From NCBI GenBank assembly GCA_038087875.1, contig CM075983.1, forward strand, positions 53,940,001 through 54,004,000: a stretch of 64,000 bases of DNA, in the 5' to 3' direction. How positions within the stretch are numbered: the first letter of the stretch is position 1; each line of letters starts with the position of its first letter. Origin of the DNA: Malacoraja senta. Its lineage: Eukaryota. A program made the position numbers and the translations under genes. Below the pieces are notes generated by a model. That model had not been told where the DNA came from and made no database searches. It worked only from the letters and a program-made list of their open reading frames with translations. This document shows, piece by piece, positions 1-12,100 of this stretch.

Positions 1-133
1 GATCACTAGATCACCCCAACTAGCAATCCAGGACTTATAACCATCTCGCTGTCGCAAGAGAGCAACCAATATCATCAAAGACACCACCCACCCAGCACAC
101 AAACTGTTCACCCTCCTACCATCCGGCAAGCGC
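1..133 (+). mobile_element. Rex1/Babar-type LINE 3' ORF fragment
   Basis: Translates to ..RATNIIKDTTHPAHKLFTLLPSGKR, the typical Rex1 C-terminal motif. Confidence 0.7.
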
Positions 134-2987
134 TGGGTTGAGCCCCGGTCCCATGTTCTGGAGGGGATTCTGGGGAGGGTGGCAATGGGGACCACTCGGG
201 TGATATGGAGCAGGGGGAGATTCCTGTTGGGGAGGGAGTCCTGCATCATGCATCTGAGGAAGCCCAGGAGCAACCCACCCAGGATGAGGCGCAGAGCACG
301 CCTCTGGAGGTAGAGACTGTAGGCGGGGAGGGGATAGGGGAAACCAGCCTTTCTCTCCGTCAGGACCTGGTTCCAGAGGGACTCCCTGAGTCTGGTGCAC
401 CAGAGTTCACTCTGGGCCCAACTGGGGGAGGGATAGACGCCCCCACTGTCGATGGTCTTGACTCCCCGGGTACATCTGGGGAAGGCCCCTCTACCACTGG
501 TCCCAGGGTTGGGACTGAGGTGGAGGAGAGACCAGCGGGTGGGGCAGAGGCAACGGCTGCACAGGGTGAGGCGGGAATATCGAGCACTATGGGTATGTCC
601 GGGGATGGGGATGGTGACTCCATCTGCAGTGAGCGGGTGGAAGGGGACTCCTCGGACAATGAGTAAGTGGATGTTCCTGCTCCCCCCCGACGCCACTCCA
701 CTCATTCCAGTGGAGGAGATCCGCGAGTTGATCACGGCCACCGAGGGAGCCCAACATCGGCCCAGACTGCCCTCCCATCGGTGGCCGAACTTACAAGGGC
801 TCACCGGCTCGCTGAACCTCATCCTCAAACGGAGGGGCATGGGGGCGATGGGGGTGAAGGGGAACGACCAGCGTCAGCTCTGGTCCTTCTTGGACGACCT
901 GCAAAGGGACGCCAAGGCCGAGAGCAGCGTCGTTCCTGCTGAGGGTAGAGGGAGCAGTAGAGCGTCCCTTGTAGCAAAGATACGGAAGGTAAGACCCACC
1001 GCCAATCCACCTAGGGTCCGCAGGGGGAGGAGCAGCTCTGCTGTCAGCGACCGGGGGACTGGTGAGGGGATCTAGTGTACTCCTGACATGGCGATCACCA
1101 TAGCCAGTTACAACATAAATGGCAGCAGGAGGCGTGCCGTTGCATTTTGTCAACGTGTACGCCCCCAAGCCCGCCATGTTGCAGACGCGCCTGTTCCGGG
1201 AGGTGTCTGCCCTGCTGAGCTCCATCGACCCTGGTGACTGCGTGATCCTCGGGGGTGATTTCAACTGTACCCTCGAGGAAGGAGACCGTTCCGGTATCCA
1301 GCGTGGTCAAGGGTCAGTGAAGAAGTTGAAGCAGCTCCTGGATTCCTTTGACTTGGTAGACACCTGGAGGAACCTCCATCCCGACTCTAGTGCTTTCTCC
1401 AGGAGGTCAGAAGGGGGTGGGTCTCGCATCGACCGCCTGTATATTTCTCGGGGGTACGTCTCCCGCGTCTCGGCGGCCTCCATGCTGCCGGTGCCGTGCT
1501 CGGACCACCACCTGGTGTGGGCGGAGTTTACCCCGCTGCGCAGGAGGGGAGGGTCCGTGTACTGGCACTTTAACAACCGGCTGCTGGAGGATCGCCGCTT
1601 CCGGGACTCGTTTGAGAGGTTCTGGAAGGGGAAGCGGGGAGGATTTCACTCCCTGCGGCTATGGTGGGACGTGGGCAAGGTCCACATCCGGAGTTTCTGT
1701 CAGGAGTACACTAGAGGGTCGACCAAGAGACGCGATTCCAAGATCAGACAGCTCGGGAGCGAGCTGCTCGATTTGGATTCGCGTCTAAGTCAGACCGTCG
1801 GGGACACGATCCTCTGGAGGGAATACCAGGAGAAGAAGGACGCGCTGAAGGAGCTACAGTTGGACCAATCTGAGGCACGTACGTGAGGTCGCGGATCCAA
1901 TTGCTCCACGATTTGGACCGCGGTTCACCCTTCTTCTACTCGCTGGAGAAGAGGCGGGGAGTCCGTCAGCAGTTAGTGGAGCTGCTCGCTGACGATGACT
2001 CCTCCGTCACTGATCCAGAGGATCAACGCAGCGGTTCGTTCCTTTTACGGGACCTTGTTCTCACCAGATAGTTCCAGCGGGGACGAGTGCAGTGGTTTAT
2101 GGGAAGGTCTAGCCACGGTCCGCCCGGAAGGTGCAGAGCGTTCGGACGCCCCCCTGACACTGGACGAACTGACCGCGGCCCTCCATCAGATCCGAAGGGG
2201 CAAATCCCCTGGCCTGGACGGGCTGACAGTAGAGTTCCTCCCACTTTCTGGGGGATCCTGGGGGAGGACTACACCATGGTACTGAGGGAGAGCCTGGTGA
2301 CCGGAGAGATGCCCCTGTCTTGGCGGAGGTCCTTCTGCCCAAGAAGGGCGATCTCTACCATCTAAAAAACTGGTGCTAGGTTTTTCCCTCCTCTGTACCG
2401 ACTACAAGGTCTTTGCCAAGGCAATGGCCAACCGTCTGGGCCCAGTGCTGGCCCAAGTGATCCACCCTGACCAGTCTTACATGGTCCTGGGCCGGTCCAT
2501 CCAGGACAATATCCATCTGGTCCGGGACCTGGTCGACATGGCTCAGGAGACCGGTGTACCCACTGCCTTTCTCTCCCTCGACCAGGAGAAGGCTTTCGAC
2601 AGGGTGGATCATGAGTATCTGTTAAGGACTCTGCGGGAGTTTGGGTTCGGACCGCACTTTGTTGTGCAGATCCAGCTTTTATACGCCGCCGCGGAGTGCC
2701 TTGTGAAAGTAAACAGATTCTTGACGGCCCCCATTGCCTTCCGCAGGCCATCTGCGTGGAGCCATTCCTTAGTCTGCTTCGAATGGCATGGTTCTACGCA
2801 AGCCGGACATGGAGGTGGTCCTCTCGGTCTACGCCGATGATGTGCTCCTCATGGTCACCGACCCCGTCGACCTGCAGAGGATGCGTGAGTGCCAATGAGT
2901 CTTCTCGGCCGCCTCCTCTGCCAGGATCAACTGGGAGAAATGTTCTGGTCTCTTGATGGGTCCCTGGGAGGTGGACTCCCTCCCGAA
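134..2987 (+). mobile_element. Tx1-clade (L1-like) LINE, decayed: ORF1 C-terminus (stop 1075), ORF2 from ATG 1088 with APE endonuclease and RT, truncated at both ends
   Basis: MAITIASYNING, VNVYAP, GGDFN, SRIDR, SDHH, KSPGLDG, LDQEKAFDRV and YADD motifs, with frameshifts and an internal deletion near 1130. Confidence 0.9.
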
Positions 2988-3199
2988 GCTTTTACTTCAA
3001 CCCAAACCCCCACCGACCATTTGCAGCTTTTACTGGTTGGTGGGGGTTTGGGTTGAAGTAAAAGCACTGCAAATGGTTGTTATGGGTTTGGGTTGAAGTA
3101 AAAGCACTGCAAATGGTTGGTGGGGATTTGGGTTGAAGTAAAAGCACTTCAAATGGTTGGTGGGGGGTTGGGTTGAAGTAAAAGCACTGCAAATGGTTG
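2988..3199. repeat. 40-bp tandem repeat (4 copies, TGGTTGGTGGGGGTTTGGGTTGAAGTAAAAGCACTGCAAA) preceded by an inverted copy
   Basis: Direct copies at 3034-3199; reverse-complement copy at 2988-3033. Confidence 0.92.
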
Positions 3200-4347
3200 A
3201 AGATTTGGTGATAGTAAATGGGGAACAGCTGCCAAGGACGTTTACATGGCAAGTTTACAGTTCATTATTTCAAGTAATTGTGTAATGAGAGTCATCAAAG
3301 AAGAGTCAATTTAAAATCTGATTTGACAACGCACAGCAAACCAACAGAGCAAATTGTGTGATCATACTTGCAAATTGTGCAATATATTTCAAGGTTAATT
3401 ATAGCTGCCCTGTCAATGGCTGTCCATGATTGATACCAGTAATAGAGTCATAGCCTGATACAGTGTGGAAACAGGCCCTTCAGCCCAACTTGCCCACACC
3501 GGCCAATATGTCCCAGCTACACTAGACCCACCTGCCTGCGTTTCACCAACGTAATGTCCTATTATTTCAACAAGTACTTTCTACTTCACTGCAATGTTAT
3601 CAATAACAATGCAACTTTATGTAACAACTTCAATATAGCAGAAATGTTCCAAGTGCTTCACAGGTGTGTTACGGGATATCTGAGAACTAATCCTAACGAT
3701 TGTAATCCTCTGGGTATTCCTGCTGTTAATAATAAACATTTAGTGCTGCTCATAATAATACTCTGCACAGCATTGCCATCAGTATGAATATTATGTTAAT
3801 TAATCATGATGATCACAGAACTACTAGTAATATTGATATCAATCAACAGGGGACCAGAAGAACCAAAGATGTTCTGAAAATCTCATTGAAGAAATTGCAG
3901 CAATAATTCCTGCAATTTGCTGGTACTCTGTCAGTACCAGCAATAATGGTCTTAGTTATTGCTGCTGGTAATAATGCCTCCTATTACCCCGCTTAACATT
4001 TCTCACAGTAATAATGCGTTGACTACTTTCTTACAGTACCAATACTCTGAATATTACTGTTGCCAGCAATTATGGCCTGATATTATTCTTGTAATACAGT
4101 GTAATACACTCCTGTTGTACACAGCATTAATATTCTAAACATTTTTTCTGCTAATAATATTGTACTAAGTATTATCCAAGTTCTAATTCTCCAAGTATTA
4201 TTGATACTAGTAATGATGCTGCAAGCTATTTCTCCCAGTAATTATGTTGTGAAAAGTATCGTGTTCAGTTTCATACTTGTTTGTATTCTCCTAATACTAT
4301 TACAAAGCTCTGTGCATTGGTTCTCCCTGCAACATTGCATTAGCAAG

Positions 4348-4880
4348 AAAACACAAACTGCTGGAGGAACTCAGCCGGCCTGCCAGCATTTGTGAAGGAA
4401 TGTGGACAGACAATATTTCCTGTAGGAACCTTTCTTCAGACTGAAAATAGACAAAAATGCTGGAGTAACCCAGCGGGACAGGCAGCATCTCTGGAGAGAA
4501 GTAATGGGTGACGTTTCGGGTCGAAACCCTTCTTCAAATTGAGAGTCGGGGAGAGGGAGACCAGAGATACGGAAGGGCAAGGTGTGAAAATTAAAGATCA
4601 AAGCAGGTAATGATAAGGAAATGTATAATGGTTCTGTTAGCTAAGGGAAAGGTGACAAGGAGGCATACAATAAGTAAAATTTATCAGAAGGACAGGGAAA
4701 TTAGTTGGAGAACTAGGAATAGGGGACGGATGGAGAGAGAGGGAAAGCAAGGGTTACTTGACGTTAGAGAAATCAATATACTGCTGGGTTGTAAGCTGCC
4801 CAAGCGAAATATGAGGTGCTATTCCTCCAATCTGCGTTGGGCCCCACTCTGACAGTGGAGGAGGCTCAGGATAGAAAGGT
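4348..4880 (-). mobile_element. Penelope-like element 3' fragment (GIY-YIG end plus terminal repeat with a degenerate hammerhead motif)
   Basis: Minus strand reads ..QRRLEE*HLIFRLGSLQPSSILI; same terminal repeat as the element at 48195. Confidence 0.8.
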
Positions 4881-5140
4881 CCTTCTTCAGTCTGATAGAG
4901 TAGACGGGTGAAAGCTGATGGAGAGGGGTGAGGGCAAGGGGTGGCAAGTGAAAGGTGGATTCCAGTGAGGAGGTGGAGGAGCGGGCTGTGTGGAGGCACA
5001 GTAATGGAGGATGGAGGTGAAGCGGAGAAGACAAAGGACACAGAGGTGGAGCTGGTCGCAGTTGGCGAGGCCGCCTCCCGCTGGCAAGGAGGGAGGGGTT
5101 GATGTGAGGAGATGGAGGAGAGGACTGTGTGGAAGCAATA

Positions 5141-5693
5141 ATGGAGGCTGGTTGCTAGGGGTGAGGAGGTGGAGGCAGTAATGGAGCCGGTTGCTAGGGG
5201 CCAGGTGCAGAGTGATGGAGCCGGTTGCTAGGGGCGAGGTGCAGAGTGATGGAGCCAGTTGCTAGGGGCGAGGTGCAGAGTGATGGAGCCGGTTGCTAGG
5301 GGTGAGGAGGTGAGGAGGTGGAGGCAGTAATGGAGCCGGTTGCTAGGGGCGAGGTGCAGAGTGATGGAGCCGGTTGCGAGGGGCGAGGTGCAGAGTGATG
5401 GAGCCGGTTGCTAGGGGCCAGGTGCAGAGTGATGGAGCCGGTTGCTAGGGGCCAGGTGCAGAGTAATGGAACCGGTTGCTAGGGGCCAGGTGCAGAGTGA
5501 TGGAGCCGGTTGCTAGGGGCGAGGTGCAGAGTGCTGGAGCCGGTTGCTAGGGGCGAGGTGCAGAGTGATGGAGCCGGTTGCTAGGGGCGAGGTGCAGAGT
5601 GATGGAGCCGGTTGCTAGGGGCGAGGAGCAGTGATGGAGCCGGTTGCTAGGGGCGAGGTGCAGAGTGATGGAGCCGGTTGCTAGGGGCGAGGT
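5141..5693 (+). repeat. Minisatellite, 16 copies of ~34-bp unit ATGGAGCCGGTTGCTAGGGGCGAGGTGCAGAGTG
   Basis: GTTGC(T/G)AG counted 16 times from 5151 to 5677, mostly 34 bp apart. Confidence 0.97.
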
Positions 5694-6110
5694 CACAGGT
5701 CGCGCCCACACGGCGCGGTGACGTGGGCGCTCCCACAGTGCAGCGGGCGCGGCCTAAGATGGCGCTGCTCTGGACGTTGTTGCGAGGCGGTGTTCACTTC
5801 CACAGGCGCCGGCTGATTTTCCTCTCACAGCCGGCCAGCGCGGTGCACTTGCTGTGTAGCTCCAGCAACCGCCCCAAGCGGCGGCCGGAGGTGAGCGGTT
5901 ACGGGGCAATGGCACGAGAATGGTGTTGGGAGGGAATGATAGTTCAGCCATGGTTGACTGAGCGGTCTAACTCTGCTCCTGGAAGTTATGAAGCTGCGAG
6001 CGTGGCCGTGGGAGGGAAGGTGATGGGACTGAGGAGAGAGCGGCCTGGCCGCGGGTGCCACCGCCTGGGCATCGCTCCCTAACACGGTCGGGGCAGCTGG
6101 TGCTTCCTGC
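5690..6110 (+). promoter_or_regulatory. CpG-island promoter of ABCB7 with CRE/ATF half-site (TGACGT 5719-5724) and YY1-like AAGATGGCG overlapping the start codon (5756-5764)
   Basis: Locally GC- and CpG-rich against an AT-rich background; motifs read directly from the sequence. Confidence 0.7.
5759..5890 (+). CDS. ABCB7: ABCB7 exon 1, mitochondrial targeting peptide ([44 protein letters not shown])
   Basis: AAGATGG start inside a CpG island; begins MALL like human; Arg-rich, acid-poor presequence; donor GAG|GTGAGC at 5891; phase 0. Confidence 0.85.
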
Positions 6111-9100
6111 CCCCTTTGTTTTTAATGACCGCATCGTTTCCCTGTTTGGTTTTTATATTTTTCTGTTCTCAGGATCAGGCCGGGATATTCCAGCCAAAGA
6201 TAAAGGGGACGTGTGCGAGTAGCGTCAATACTATTTTATCAGCTGACCGTGTAAATTTATCACCACTGTCATATTATAAACTTACAAAGAACTTTAAGGC
6301 ATTGCTGTTGTCTGTATTTTAAACACCCGTTTGTTATTTGCAGATTCTGTTAGCGCTAAAGTTTGTTCTTACGACAACGCGGTCGTTGTGTTCATGAGAA
6401 ACGTGCAATAGAAAATCGTGTTATAAAGACACTCGTGACAATTGGGGAAAGGGGGTTAGGCGCTAGTTTCAGACTTGCTATAACACATTTAACCCCACCC
6501 CGGGTTTTCAAAAGTAAAACATTTTCCAATAACAATATGTTTACTCTTGTTGCAGCAAGCTAAAAATACTAGAGGCTATATGTTACATTGTTTAACCAGA
6601 GTATGATTGTACAGGAGTCAATAGAAATGACACAGCATTATAGTTCCTCTCTACATCAAAATTACTACTTGCCAGTTTCCCAATGGCCATGTGTGGTTAA
6701 AGTAACACCAGTGTTTTGAGAGACAATATGTCTGAGGTTAGGTGGAAACAGTTATTGATATTGTTTTATTGTCACATGTACTACAATATGGAGAAAAGTT
6801 TTGTATGCTATCCAGTCAAATCATACTGTACATGAGTACAATCAAGTCACAAGGTAGTGCAATGAGAAAAGATATCAGTTATTGTAAATACCAGCGTTTA
6901 AGTGTTGTAGCACTACCGCTGCAGAGTAAGTGGAGATACAAAAAAGTACAAAGGCCCTATTAAGATATCTTGGGAGGTCGGTGCTGTGCCCGTCTGTTAC
7001 TAGAGGTTGATCAGTAGGGAAGAAGCTATCCTGAATCCGGTATTATGTGCTTTTAAGGTTTTGTATCTTCTGCCTGATGCAGAGAAGAGGGAATGGTTGG
7101 GGTGTAACTCGTCATAAGGCAACATGAAGTGTAAATGGAGTTGATGTGGGGTAAGCTGGCTTGTGTCATTGCCTGTTTACATGCACAATTCTGCTATTTC
7201 TAAGATCTTGGCCAGAGCTATTGCCAAACCAAGTTGTTATGCACCTAAATAGGATGCTTTCTCCATTGCATCTGAAGTTGATATGGGTCATTGAAGTCAT
7301 GTGAACTTCCTTTGTCTTCTGAGGAAGCAGAGGCATTGGTGCACTTTCTTGCTGTCACGTCAATGTGGTTGGTTCAGGACAAATAGTAACTTGAAACTCT
7401 TGAACATCTCCACTTTGGTATCATTGTGCTGACTGATGCGTATACACCACCTTGTTTCCGGAAGTCAATAGCAAGCTTTGTGTTGTTGATGTTGAGGGAG
7501 GGGTTATTGCTTTGGCGCAATGTTACTAACTGCTGTTTTTTCTTCCTGTATTATGTCTCATCATTGTTTGAGTTCAGGCCCACTATGGTGGTCCCATCTG
7601 TGAACTTGTAAATGGAGTTCCTTTTAAATCTCATCCCAACCCTGGGGAAAAAGACTGTGTATTCACCCTTTCTATGTCCCTCATGATTTTATCCACCTTA
7701 CAATCAATCACACCTCATTTTCTTAAATTATAAAGAATAAAATCCTTGCCTGCCTAACCTTTCTCTGTAAGTCAGGCCATTGAGTCTTGGCAATAATCTT
7801 GTATGTCATCTTTGCGCTCTTTCCAGCTTAATGTTATCTTTACTATAGCAGGGCAACAAAACCGTACTCAGTATTCCAAATATATAATCACAAATGTCGC
7901 GTACAACTGTTACATAATGTCCCAACTCCTATGCTTGACCTGACTAATGTAGGGTAGTGTGCCACATGCCAATGTCACCATTCCTCTCTCCAGAGATGCG
8001 CCAGAGAGTTACTCCTGCATTTTGTGTCTATCTGCCAATTTCACCACCCTGTCTTCCAGTGACACCACCTACAGGGCGATATGTAATTGTACTCCTTGGT
8101 CCATCTATTTACAACACTACCAAGGGTGCTCCTATGAAAGTCTTGCTCTGATTTGACTTCCCAAAGTATAGCACCATGCACTTGTCTGAATTGAATACCA
8201 TTTGCCAGTATTGGCCATTTACCTAGTTGATCATGATCCTGTTGATCATGTTCACCTTCTTCACTATCTACAATACCATCTATTTTTATGTTTCTGCAAA
8301 CTTATTAACTATGCCTTGTACATTCTTCTCCAAATCCTTTACAAAAATGTGCACAGTTCCAATCACAATGGCACCCCACTAATCACAGGCCTCCAGTCTA
8401 AACAAAAACCGTCCACTATCATCCTGTCATCAAGCTAAATGTGTATCCATTGAGCTAACTCTCCCTGGATCCCATGCAATCTAAACCTCCATTCTGCTGT
8501 GTGGGACCTTGGCAAAGGCCTTGCTAGATAATGCCCACAGCCCTGTCCTCATCAAACCTCTTGGTTATCTCTTCAAAAGTCTCAATAGATTTGTGAGACA
8601 TGATTTTCCTTGCACAGCTTAATATTGACTATCCCTAATCAGTTTTTGTCTATCCAAATTCCTGTCCCTCAGAATCCCCTACAGTAACTTCTCTGCCATT
8701 GATGTCAGGCTTGCCATCCTATAGTTGTTTCCTGGCTTGTCTTGCTGGCCCTTCTAAATAGAGGTGCAACATTAACCACCTCTCCAGAACTTCACTTGCA
8801 GCTAAAGATGCAAATATCTCTGCAGGGGCCAGAGGAATTTCTACCCCAGCTTCCCACAAGGTCTAAAGGGCCTTTCCCACTTGGTGATTTTGCTGGCGTT
8901 ATATCAGTGTCGCCAAAAGATTTTGAACATTTCAAAATCTAGCGACACTTGAAAAAACGACACTTGAAAAACCACCATGCGTCATACGTCATATGTCATC
9001 ACGCCATGTATTTTTCAGTGACCTAATATGTCAGTCAATGAAGCCAGCAGTCGCCGAAAAAATCGCCAAGCAGGACAGGCCCTTTAGTATGCACTTGATC

Positions 9101-12100
9101 AGGCCCTTGGGATTGGCCCACCTTAATGATTTTTAAGACTGCCCATATCACCTCTTTTGTAATTTGTATATGGTCTGATAAATTGCTAATCATTTGCCTC
9201 AGTTCTTAGCTTCCCTGATCTTCTCTGTCGTAAAAACTGATGAGAAATAGTCATTAATAATAATAATAAACTTTATTTCGGACTCAAGGGACAACATTAC
9301 ATAAAAATGCATTGCATATTTAAAAAAACATCATAACGTACATATAAAATCTTTGTATCACTTATAAAAGCATCATAAATTATATATTAAAAAAAACCCA
9401 CAATACATGAATTAAAATCCAGAATAAAAAGAATGATCAATGTCCTACAATGAGACAACGATACCAGTGTCTCCACAACTGGGATTCGTAGCGTGAGTGC
9501 TAAACCTTATGTTTGACAAGGCCACAATAATTACATTTTTAGAGTCATTTATCCTGCAGATGAATTTATACATATGATTTCTTAGGATAGCTTCTAATGT
9601 ACTGACTCCTGCAGCCACAAACATGTTACTAGCACTACACCATCTAGGTTTCCTTAGCAGTGTTCTCATGGCATCATTATATGACACCTTTAGTCTCTGC
9701 AGACTTGTCTTTCCATAGTTTGACCACAGGTGCGCAGTATAGACTGGTGTGCAATATGCTCTAAACAGCGACATTTTCACCACATCTGCACACGCACCAA
9801 ACTTACGCAAGAGAATATTCGCCATTAAAGAGAATATTCGAACATTAAAGATCTCTTATCTCCCATGGCTCTTCACAAAGACAGTCTTGTTGGTCTTTAA
9901 GGAGAACTGTTCTTTCCTTAACCACCCTTTTGCTCTTAATACATGTGCAGAATTTATGGGATTTTCCTTTATGTTGCCTGCCGCATTCATTTAATGTATT
10001 CAAATCCTGTACTGATTTTAATAAAATACAACGTCTCCATTGAAACATAAGATTCTGTGGAATTACACATGCAATGCGAGTGAGTACATCTCTGAATGTT
10101 CTAACACCTTTGCTGGTTCCAAATGAATTCCATCGATGATCTAAAAGCCCTTGCTGTTTCCAAACGACAATAGACAATAGGTGCAGGAGTAGGCCATTCG
10201 GCCCTTCGAGCCAGTACCGCCATTCAATGTGATCATGGCAGATCATCAGTACCCCGTTCCTGCCTTCTCCCCATATCCCCTGACTCCGCTATCTTTAAGA
10301 GCCCTATCTAGCTCTCTCTTGAAAGTATCCAGAGAACCGGCCTCCACCGCCATCTGAGGCAGAGAATTGCACGGATTCACAACTCTCTGTGTGAAGTGAA
10401 TTCCATGGATGTTCTAAAAGCCTCTGAGGACAGGGAACCCAGACAGCCAAAGTTAGTCTTGAGTACACAAATTGCTCTATTATTGCCAGACAGATAAATG
10501 TGCCACTGCACTGTGTTTGATGTGTAGAGTGACAAATAAGTCTGGTCTGGACATTTCCTTCATCTCTGTCACAATGGTGCAAAGTAACTTAACGTGTCTG
10601 TTTTGATGTATGCCCGATGATACCCCGTTGTCTTACAATGGGCTGATACTTACATGAATATGTCATGGTCATGTCAATAGGCAGCTCTACTCGATTACAA
10701 AGCTGTACTTTTAATTTCAAAATGATTAGCATTTGCACCGCACATTAACACAGATAGTTAAAATGCCTGCTACATCCCCATAATTTCAGAACTCCTGAAT
10801 AATCCCTAACGCCACTTACATTTTCATCCAAATCAAAATAATTCTACCCTTTATCTTCTACCCTTTGAATTTAATTTTCTAACACGTCCTGGATCCTGAC
10901 GTATGATTTTTTTTGGAAAGACTTTGCCTAGTCCATAACTGGTACTGCCCTCCCTACTTTCAAAAGCATATACATATGCTGTGGGATCAAGAAGACGGCA
11001 TTCATCATTAAGGATCCCCACCATCTGGATAAGGCCTTCTTGCTGCTACCATCTGGCAGGAGGTAGATAAGCCTGAAGTCACACATGACCAGGTTCAGGA
11101 ATCGGCTACTTTCCTACAACTGTCAGGTTCTTGAACCAGCCTACGCAACACTAATCCTACCCTGCAATGGAACACCTCGTACTTTAGCATTATCATGAAC
11201 TCGTTTTTTGATTAATGCTTTGTACTAATATTTTTTGTTTTTCACTGTCTCGTAGATGTGTAACTTACAAATGATTTATGTTTTTATGTGCTGTCTGAAT
11301 CTATGTGCGTGTGATGTTTTGCAAGCAAGATTTTCATTACATCTGTACTTCCACTGTACTTGTGCATATGTCAATAAACGTGAATTGGCTTGAAGTGCGC
11401 AAACTGAAATATCTCAAAATATGATTTAAAATTTGCAACTATTGACTTTGAACTAGAGAGAAAAAATTCAATGTCATCTGATCGATTGTTTCATATATTG
11501 GTGAATCAAAATGGAGTTCTGGATACCTTTGGAACCATAGAAGTTAGATGATGTTTTATAATTTGCTTAATCATGCATTTCTTTACTTGGGTGTTGCTGC
11601 TTTGCTAGTTTTGTTTGGCATTGGTCATTCTCTGGTGCTCTAGTTTTACTTGTCAATCAGCCTTAAAAAGAAAATCACTTGTATGATGGCTTTTGTAACA
11701 TTTTAATGTCACAAGCGCCTTTGAAACTAATTATACACCAAGTTATATGTTGTCCATGTAATTATTTCCACAATATTGTTAGGGGGGGATATGAAGGATA
11801 ATCTCGTCCCTGCCCCTTCCCTCGCTCTTCCTCAGAATAATACTATGGTGTATTTTATGTGCACTGAAAAAAGAACCTTGTTGTTTAATTCAAAATGATG
11901 ACATGAAGAATTTTGCCGCAAAACCAGCCAAGACTGTGTACTTAAGTGTCTGGAATTGCCATGAATCTTTTCATTCAGAGACATGAACGCTAGCCAACTG
12001 ATCCTTGTCCACTGAGTATCTTTGTACCTGTTCACATCATCCAAAATCTACATGTGCACTTTGGACAAGAATCCTGGAAATTGCTGTTTCCTCTATTACT

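Noticed and set aside
205-666. Acidic Gly/Glu-rich ORF as a host gene or divergent neighbour such as UPRT
   Set aside because: It is contiguous with Tx1 ORF1/ORF2, and no host exons were recognised upstream of ABCB7 in this window.
5141-5693. Regularly spaced repeat as a CRISPR array
   Set aside because: Units are contiguous with no unique spacers, no cas genes are present, and the context is eukaryotic.
5678-6082. 134-aa ORF as a complete protein
   Set aside because: It is ABCB7 exon 1 extended upstream to a TTG in the repeat and downstream past the GTGAGC donor.
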